The notes below the pieces were generated by a model that was not told the DNA's origin, searched no databases, and worked only from the letters and a program-made list of their open reading frames with translations. 64,000 bases of DNA, from the NCBI GenBank assembly GCA_964494945.1, contig CAZBTX010000001.1:67088-131087 (forward strand). The letters are read 5' to 3'. Shown here piece by piece: positions 57,951-64,000 of this stretch. Position numbers and translations under genes: made by a program. The stretch is from an uncultured Candidatus Saccharibacteria bacterium. GTDB taxonomy: Bacteria > Patescibacteriota > Minisyncoccia > Sungbacterales > JACQCQ01. The stretch's first letter is position 1. Each line of letters starts with the position of its first letter.

Positions 57951-58832
57951 TTATAATTTATCAACTGCTCCAAATAATCTTAGTTTTTCTTCAACGACTT
58001 GCTTCAGTATATCACGTGCGGCGGTATCGTATTTATACGGCGTCGTTTCGTCGGGTTTCTTCGCTAATTCCTCTCTTAGCGCCTTAGAATAAGCTACGCG
58101 GATGTCGGTATTTATGTGAATATTGGCGATACCGGCGGCGATTGCGGCTTTGATTTGTTCATCGGGGATGCCGGAACCGGCATGCAATACCAGCGCTACT
58201 GATTCGGGAACAGACCCACGTATTTTTCGTATCAATTCAATATCCAACGCCGGCTCATCCAGCGAAATGCCATGAATATTGCCTACGGCAATAGCCAGAC
58301 GATCCACTCCGGTTTTAGCGACAAACTCGGCGGCTTCTTCCGGTTTCGTATAACTTTCGGGGCTAATCTCAATTTTCTCTTTATGAATTTTTGACTCCCC
58401 CGCCAAGTAACCCAATTCCCCTTCCACATTAATGCTTGTCCCTTGTCCCTTGTCGCTTGTTACTCTGCTTGCGTATTCCACAATTTCTTTTGTCCCCGCA
58501 ACGTTGTTTTCATACGTTTCCGCGGAGAGATCAATATGGATTGAATCATATCCCGCATCAACTGCGGTTTTGGCTGCTTCAACGCTCTTATGATGATCAG
58601 CATTAAGAAAAACGGGTATGCCGAATTCTTTTCTGAAAGCGTCCCGGAGAGCTGCGGCCTCAAGATAACCTAGGTGTTTGGCTTCACTCTCCGAAGTACC
58701 GATAATGGCAACCGTATTAAGTTCTTTAGCCGCTTCAACTACAGCGCGCATTTGGTCGGACTCGGACGCGTTAAAATGGCCGGTTGCCCAACTCCCCCTT
58801 GTTGCCTTCATTAAAATTTCTTTCAGCGTCAT
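57951..58832 (-). CDS. fba: Fructose-bisphosphate aldolase class II. ATG at 58832 (MTLKEILMK) preferred over the track's TTG at 58850.
   Basis: HFNASESDQM ... LNADHHKS ... IHIDLS class II FBA blocks. Confidence 0.85.
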   Translation of the reverse strand: MTLKEILMKATRGSWATGHFNASESDQMRAVVEAAKELNTVAIIGTSESEAKHLGYLEAAALRDAFRKEFGIPVFLNADHHKSVEAAKTAVDAGYDSIHIDLSAETYENNVAGTKEIVEYASRVTSDKGQGTSINVEGELGYLAGESKIHKEKIEISPESYTKPEEAAEFVAKTGVDRLAIAVGNIHGISLDEPALDIELIRKIRGSVPESVALVLHAGSGIPDEQIKAAIAAGIANIHINTDIRVAYSKALREELAKKPDETTPYKYDTAARDILKQVVEEKLRLFGAVDKL

Positions 58833-58834
58833 GT

Positions 58835-58948
58835 AATTTCTAATTTCCAATTTTCAATTTCTAATTTTCAATCAAATCCCAATGTTTCAATGCTCTAAAC
58901 GTTTGAAAATTAAATCATTGAAAATTCATTGAAAATTGAAAATTGAGA
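58835..58948. repeat. AT-rich palindromic spacer element (aatttctaat / ttttcaatt / caatcaaatcccaatg words)
   Basis: Arms pair. Shares caaatcccaatg with the 10050 region (reverse-complement orientation). Confidence 0.6.
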
Positions 58949-58950
58949 AT

Positions 58951-59943
58951 TTACAGAAGCTTCGGCTCATAATCCGCCGGGGCTTCGGCCAAATATTTTT
59001 CCAATTGAGAACGCGACAAAAGTCCCGCCCGAGCGCCAATTTGCTGTACCACCGACATGGAATTCACCGGACCCCAAGTAAGGGCAGTTTTTAGATCGTT
59101 CCCCAGCGCTAAAGCCGCGGTAATGGTTGACGAAAAAGCATCTCCCGCACCGGTGCGCGATAGCGGCGGCTTAGGGTCGGGATAGATCGGCATCTGCCAT
59201 ATTGTACTGCCATCCGAAGCGTAGGCCCCAGCCGGGCCATCGGTGATGCAGACCATTTTGGGTCCCAAAGCGTGAATACTGAAAATAAGTTTTTTTATGT
59301 CGTCTTCTTTGGTATTTAGAATTCTTTGGGCCTCATCGCGATTACAGAAGAATATTTCAGTATGTTTGTATATTCTAGATAATGCTTCGGCACCGAACTT
59401 AATTTGATAGGTACCGGGCTGAAACGCCAGTTTTATATTCTTATGGGACTCCAAATAATCGGCGATGGTATTATGCATGGGCAGTGAATTTTCTCCGGCC
59501 GAAGAAAGGTATAACCACTTGGGCGAGCCCACATCCGGCATTTCGTAATCAAATTTTTCGTGTTTTATTAATATGGTCCTGTCGTCATGGAACCAAAGCA
59601 CGTAATGGTAATTGGTTTTCTTGCCGGGATTTACTTTAATGAAGCGCGTGTCCATGCCTTCGGCTGAAAGCGCCCCAATTATCTCCTTCCCATCATCATC
59701 ATCTCCAACGTTGGAAACAAACGCTGTTTTTAAGCCAAGACGCGCCGCGGCCGAGGCGGCATTAGCGCTATTTCCCACCCCCGGGACGACGGTAACGCTC
59801 TCGTACGGCACCTTGTCGCCGAAGTGGAAACAAATCTCTTTGGCCCCGTGGTCAATATCCACATGAGCCGTAACGTCCGATAAGCGAATAAACGCGTCCG
59901 TCACCGTGTCACCAATAGCTATAAAATCATATCGTGCTGACAT
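58951..59943 (-). CDS. PfkB-family carbohydrate kinase
   Basis: C-terminal GAGDAF motif. N-terminal GG-type sugar-binding pattern. Confidence 0.8.
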   Translation of the reverse strand: MSARYDFIAIGDTVTDAFIRLSDVTAHVDIDHGAKEICFHFGDKVPYESVTVVPGVGNSANAASAAARLGLKTAFVSNVGDDDDGKEIIGALSAEGMDTRFIKVNPGKKTNYHYVLWFHDDRTILIKHEKFDYEMPDVGSPKWLYLSSAGENSLPMHNTIADYLESHKNIKLAFQPGTYQIKFGAEALSRIYKHTEIFFCNRDEAQRILNTKEDDIKKLIFSIHALGPKMVCITDGPAGAYASDGSTIWQMPIYPDPKPPLSRTGAGDAFSSTITAALALGNDLKTALTWGPVNSMSVVQQIGARAGLLSRSQLEKYLAEAPADYEPKLL

Positions 59944-59945
59944 AA

Positions 59946-60953
59946 TTATTTCTTCCTTGATTTTACCCTATTGACCGCTTCAATAATATGCGAAACTCCC
60001 ATTCCGAATGCCTCCAAAAGTTGAGCTGGTTCTCCGGATTCACCAAATCTATTTTGTACTCCTATGAATTCAATCGGCACTGGGAAATTTTTTGCAAGAA
60101 ATTCGGCCACAGCTGACCCCATACCGCCGGCGACTTGGTGTTCTTCCACCGTAACTACCGCACCCGCGGCATTGGCGGCATCAAGAATGATCGCTTCATC
60201 AAGGGGTTTAACACTGGGGTTATTAATTACGCGAACTCCTATACCTTCTTTTTCAAGCTCCGCGGCCGCTAGAATGGCGTTATGCGTTAAGGGACCGCAA
60301 GCGATAATCGCGACATCCGGCTTGCCGGTCTTCAACTCGTTCCAAAAAATCTGTGCTTTGTTTATCTCAAACGGAGTTTCGTTGGTGGTAAATACCGGCG
60401 TCTTTTCTCTAGCGAAACGCATATAAACGGGACCAACATATCGCGCCGCGGAAATTGTGACCTTGCGCGCCTCTTCCACATCACAGGGCGAGAGCACTAC
60501 CATATTCGCGATTGGCCGCATCACCGCCATATCTTCAATGGCTTGGTGCGTAGCGCCATCCGGGCCGACCGAGACCCCGGCGTGGGCTCCCGCAATTTTT
60601 ACGTTCCGCTCGTTATAACATATAGTCGTACGAATTTGCTCCCAGTTCCTGCCGGGAGAGAACATGGCGTAAGAAGATATAAATGGGATTTTCCCAACAG
60701 CCGCAAGTCCTGATGCCACGGATGCTAAATTTTGCTCGGCCACGCCAATCTCGATGAATCGTTTGGGAAATTTTTCCTTAAATAGAATTGTCCGTGTGGA
60801 CTCGGTAAGGTCCGCGCAAAGCGCCACTACGTTCTGATTTTCCTCTCCGGCTTTAGCAAGCCCCTCGCCGTAACCGTTTCTGGTCGGCTTTTGCTCAATT
60901 GATTTCAAATCAAGCAAATTGGGAACTAATTTCATTTGCGGATTAACCGGCAT
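59946..60953 (-). CDS. Transketolase, C-terminal (pyrimidine-binding) subunit
   Basis: Pyr-binding and C-terminal domain blocks. Paired with an N-terminal subunit gene 400 bp upstream. Confidence 0.85.
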   Translation of the reverse strand: MPVNPQMKLVPNLLDLKSIEQKPTRNGYGEGLAKAGEENQNVVALCADLTESTRTILFKEKFPKRFIEIGVAEQNLASVASGLAAVGKIPFISSYAMFSPGRNWEQIRTTICYNERNVKIAGAHAGVSVGPDGATHQAIEDMAVMRPIANMVVLSPCDVEEARKVTISAARYVGPVYMRFAREKTPVFTTNETPFEINKAQIFWNELKTGKPDVAIIACGPLTHNAILAAAELEKEGIGVRVINNPSVKPLDEAIILDAANAAGAVVTVEEHQVAGGMGSAVAEFLAKNFPVPIEFIGVQNRFGESGEPAQLLEAFGMGVSHIIEAVNRVKSRKK

Positions 60954-60977
60954 ATTATATATATTCGCGATTATTTA

Positions 60978-61205
60978 TCACTCCCCTAACGAATCTGAAG
61001 GCAACTGCTCCGGCCCAGCGCTATCTTGATTGTGCGGTTTAAAAATACCAGCGTTTTTGGAACTCTGTACGCTGTCAGCATTGGTTGTAGCGTTGGTATC
61101 CAAAAACGAGCGATAGATCATCAATGTTATTAACGCCGCAAACAACAAAAAAACTACGAAATACAACTTGGTCTCTATGGACTGGGTGTAGGGATTGGAG
61201 GTCAT
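60978..61205 (-). CDS. Hypothetical small single-TM protein (75 aa) between the two transketolase subunit genes
   Basis: ORF with a hydrophobic helix. Weak support. Confidence 0.3.
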   Translation of the reverse strand: MTSNPYTQSIETKLYFVVFLLFAALITLMIYRSFLDTNATTNADSVQSSKNAGIFKPHNQDSAGPEQLPSDSLGE

Positions 61206-61315
61206 AATTAGTTCTTGGTTTTCAGTTCTTGTTTTGATTTTTAGTTAATAGTTTGAATTAACCAGAACTGACAACCAGTAACTGTAACTAAGAACTAATA
61301 ATTAAGAACTTTATA
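61205..61315. repeat. AT-rich imperfect palindromic spacer (agttcttggttttcagttcttg ... ccagaactgacaaccagtaactg)
   Basis: Seen in sequence. Confidence 0.5.
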
Positions 61316-61325
61316 TTAATTGATG

Positions 61326-62186
61326 TCACTGGTGCTCGCTTACTATTTTACCACCAAGCGTGCGCAATTCTTCCAGCGCCAAACGGGCTTCTTCTTTATT
61401 GGGCGGGATGCCATGCCATTTGTAATCGCGCTCCATAAAATCTACGCCCTTGCCGGGAATGGTATGGGCGATTATCATTTTAGGCTTTTCATAGATGGCC
61501 TTGGCCTCGTCAATAGCCGCTGTAATTTCTTCAAAATTATGTCCGTCAATTTCTAAAACATGCCAATTGAATGCTTCATATTTTGCGCGCAGGGGTTCTA
61601 ACGGCATAATATCTTCAGTATTACCGTCAATCTGTATGTTATTTCTGTCCATAATAGCGACGAGATTCCAGAGTTTTTCTTTGCCAGCCAGCATGGCCGC
61701 TTCCCAGGTCTGCCCGCAATCCTCTTCTCCATCCGACATCATACAAAACACCCAGTTCTTTTTTGCATCCATGCGAAAGCCCAGAGCCATACCCACGGCT
61801 TGAGAAAGGCCAGAACCCAAGGGACCAGAAGTTATCTCAAGACCGGGGAGTGAGGTACGATGTGGATGTCCCTGGAGCCGAGTGCCGAATTTGCGCAATG
61901 TCTTTAATTCTTCAATCGGGAAATACCCCACATGAGCCATGGTCGCATATTGCACCGGGCAAATGTGGCCGTTAGATAGAACCAACCGGTCTCTGCCTTC
62001 CCAGCCGGGGTTTTTAGGATCATGCGCCAAAATATGAAAATACATGGCGGTAAAAATATCTGCCATGTCCAACGGTCCCGCCGAGTGCCCGCTTCCCGCC
62101 TCCACCAGCATCTCAATGACTGATTGGCGGATTTGGTTGGCTTTTTCTTCCAGGAACTTCAGTTTTTCTTCGTGTAAATGATTCAT
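61326..62186 (-). CDS. Transketolase, N-terminal (thiamine-diphosphate-binding) subunit
   Basis: GHSAGPLDMADIF, GPLGSGLSQAVGMALG ThDP motifs. Confidence 0.85.
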   Translation of the reverse strand: MNHLHEEKLKFLEEKANQIRQSVIEMLVEAGSGHSAGPLDMADIFTAMYFHILAHDPKNPGWEGRDRLVLSNGHICPVQYATMAHVGYFPIEELKTLRKFGTRLQGHPHRTSLPGLEITSGPLGSGLSQAVGMALGFRMDAKKNWVFCMMSDGEEDCGQTWEAAMLAGKEKLWNLVAIMDRNNIQIDGNTEDIMPLEPLRAKYEAFNWHVLEIDGHNFEEITAAIDEAKAIYEKPKMIIAHTIPGKGVDFMERDYKWHGIPPNKEEARLALEELRTLGGKIVSEHQ

Positions 62187-62289
62187 AGAATTTATTTTTC
62201 CTGCCCGCCTAAGTTTTTCATTAGAAAAATTTTAGCGTGTCTTCGTGTAAATGTGGCATGAAATCTCATTCCAAAAATTTAAATGGCTA

Positions 62290-62964
62290 TCAAGCAATGT
62301 CGTCTTTTAGGGCTTTAATAGCAGCCTCCGTATCGGGCGCAGAAAATATGGCCCAGCCGACAGCGAAAAGATTAGCCCCGGCTTCGCGGCATTTTTTGGC
62401 GATCCCAACCTTAATGCCACCGTCAACTTCAATATCACAAGTCGGGCAATGGTCTCTTAAATGACGAATTTTTTCATAACTAGATTCCACGTATTCTCCG
62501 CCAGCGGGGTTACCTTCAATAAATTGCTGGCCCGTGGCGCCCGGATGCACGGAGAGAACCTGGAATGATCTGTGGCCGTTTTCAATATAGGGAAGGAGCC
62601 ACTTCCATGAAACTTCGGGAGTGATGGCAAGCATGAGATCTACGCCCGCCTTATCGCACTTTTCTTTGATCAGCTTGTAATTCTCCATGGCTTCCACATG
62701 CACGATGATACGCTTGACTCCGGCCTCAATCCAAGCGTCAATCGCCGCCTCGGGGTTTTTAATCATCAAATGCACCTCTATCGCAGATTTTACTTTTAAG
62801 CCTTTCAGATCCGCGGGATTGTGCCACAGGATGTTGGGGGTAAATGTGCCGTCGGCAATATCTAATTTGATTCTGCGAGTGTATGGCTCAACTTTTTTTA
62901 TTCGCTCCCGGGCTTCACTCCAGTCCGTAACATTAACTACGGGAATAACTTCCATTTTCCGCAT
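62290..62964 (-). CDS. rpe: Ribulose-phosphate 3-epimerase
   Basis: LDIADGTFTPN ... HLMI ... VHPGATGQQF blocks. Confidence 0.8.
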   Translation of the reverse strand: MRKMEVIPVVNVTDWSEARERIKKVEPYTRRIKLDIADGTFTPNILWHNPADLKGLKVKSAIEVHLMIKNPEAAIDAWIEAGVKRIIVHVEAMENYKLIKEKCDKAGVDLMLAITPEVSWKWLLPYIENGHRSFQVLSVHPGATGQQFIEGNPAGGEYVESSYEKIRHLRDHCPTCDIEVDGGIKVGIAKKCREAGANLFAVGWAIFSAPDTEAAIKALKDDIA

Positions 62965-62972
62965 AAAATAAG

Positions 62973-63428
62973 TTATTTAAAATTTCTATCCTCTTGTTGC
63001 TTTATTTTCGCAAGGCGCCTTATGTTCCTGTCGGCACCATCAAACTCGGTCTCCAGCCAAATTTTTGCGATCTCAAAGGCCTCGCTCTCTTTAACCCAAT
63101 CCGAGGCCAGCACAAGCACATTGGCATCCTCGTGTTCGCGTGACTGCTTGGCTACGCTGGTGTTAAAACAAAGAGCCGCGCGGAGGCCCTTATATTTATT
63201 AGCCGCCATATCCATGCCATGCCCCGAGCCGCAAACTAGGATAACCTTGCTGTGCGCCGGGTCATGCAACGCCGCTTCGCACGCCGCCTCAACAAAATCC
63301 GGATAGTCGTCGGCAATGTCCAAATTTAGAGCGCCCATATCCTTGACTTCATAGCCAACTTCCAAAAGCGCCGTTTTTAACGCTTCTTTAAGCGAATATC
63401 CACGATGGTCAGCGGCGATATAAATCAT
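62973..63428 (-). CDS. rpiB: Ribose-5-phosphate isomerase B
   Basis: IAADHRGYSLKE ... VCGSGHGMDMAANKYKGLRAALC RpiB/LacAB pattern. Confidence 0.85.
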   Translation of the reverse strand: MIYIAADHRGYSLKEALKTALLEVGYEVKDMGALNLDIADDYPDFVEAACEAALHDPAHSKVILVCGSGHGMDMAANKYKGLRAALCFNTSVAKQSREHEDANVLVLASDWVKESEAFEIAKIWLETEFDGADRNIRRLAKIKQQEDRNFK

Positions 63429-63478
63429 TGAGCTAATTATAAACTAGTGCCTAGCCACTAGCCACTAGCCGCTAGTTG

Positions 63479-64000
63479 CTATTCGCTTATCTGTCCGCCG
63501 CTTTTTAGCGAGCGGATGGAAATGCTTTCCGCAAGCCCCGCCAATATCATAACCGTCAGAATGCTAGAGCCGCCGTAAGACACAAACGGCAAAGTAACGC
63601 CGGTAATCGGCAAAATGCCTATATTCATGCCGACATGAATGACCAAGTGAGTAAAAATAACCGTGCTTATTCCAAGCAGTGTCAATCGGGCAAAATTATC
63701 GCTCGCTCGCATACCGATACGAAACAGACGCCAAAATAGAACACCGTAAACGCCTAAAATAAAAACAACCCCCAGAAACCCCCATTCTTCGGCAAAAGCC
63801 GCAAAAATAAAATCGGTTGACGGCTCCGGCAGAAAATTAAGATGGGTTTGCGAACCGTAACTTAGCCCCTTACCCCAAAGCTCTCCCGAGCCAACTGCGA
63901 TCATAGATTGTATGGCGTTATAGCCCGAGCCCAAGGGATCGTTCCAGGGATTTAAAAAAGAGAAAATCCTGTCTTTTTGATAAGGCGCCAAGATCAAGAA
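63479..64000 (-). CDS. FtsW/RodA/SpoVE-family cell-cycle membrane protein, C-terminal part (N-terminus beyond the window end)
   Basis: Conserved C-terminal segment ... GVTLPFVSYGGSSIL. Confidence 0.8.
   Translation of the reverse strand, partial: FLILAPYQKDRIFSFLNPWNDPLGSGYNAIQSMIAVGSGELWGKGLSYGSQTHLNFLPEPSTDFIFAAFAEEWGFLGVVFILGVYGVLFWRLFRIGMRASDNFARLTLLGISTVIFTHLVIHVGMNIGILPITGVTLPFVSYGGSSILTVMILAGLAESISIRSLKSGGQISE

Overview
This 64-kb window looks like part of a small bacterial chromosome of roughly 50% GC. It is possibly a Patescibacteria/CPR-like organism. That is inference from the compact rpoB, the split transketolase, a cupin-type PGI, a giant surface protein and AT-rich word-repeat spacers.

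Most of the window is housekeeping genes: rpsF-ssb-rpsR, recA, ftsK, rpoB-rpoC, groES-groEL, uvrA/uvrC, secG, RNase J, trpS, a dcw cluster (mraZ-rsmH-ftsL-ftsI-murF), tsf-rpsB, rpmE, prfA, rplY, and a sugar-phosphate block (fba, PfkB kinase, split transketolase, rpe, rpiB). Four tRNAs are present: Leu-CAG, Glu-CTC, Tyr-GTA and Thr-TGT. No rRNA or CRISPR array was seen.

Five regions stand out:
1. A 7.98-kb gene (454-8436) encodes a 2660-aa Thr/Ser/Gly-rich repeat protein. Its repeats are nearly identical at the nucleotide level, not only the protein level.
2. A roughly 4.5-kb compositionally mosaic island (about 46.2-50.7 kb) sits between mraZ and the tRNA-Tyr/tRNA-Thr pair. It carries six small high-GC ORFs in two duplicated leader/terminator units, including a ribbon-helix-helix (RHH) protein. 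It also carries a low-GC two-gene module: a standalone DUF262 (DGQQR, ParB-like) protein translationally coupled to a 154-aa partner. The island is bracketed by related cccgttaga/tctaacggg inverted-repeat elements; a third copy sits at the giant gene's start. This is my best candidate for an undescribed system, probably defence-related.
3. Two perfect TTATCCACA DnaA boxes sit in the mraZ upstream region.
4. A family of AT-rich imperfect-palindrome spacers built from short words recurs in many intergenic gaps.
5. Several isolated high-GC genes, each followed by a GC-rich hairpin terminator, look horizontally acquired.

All functional calls rest on motif recognition by eye. No database search was possible.
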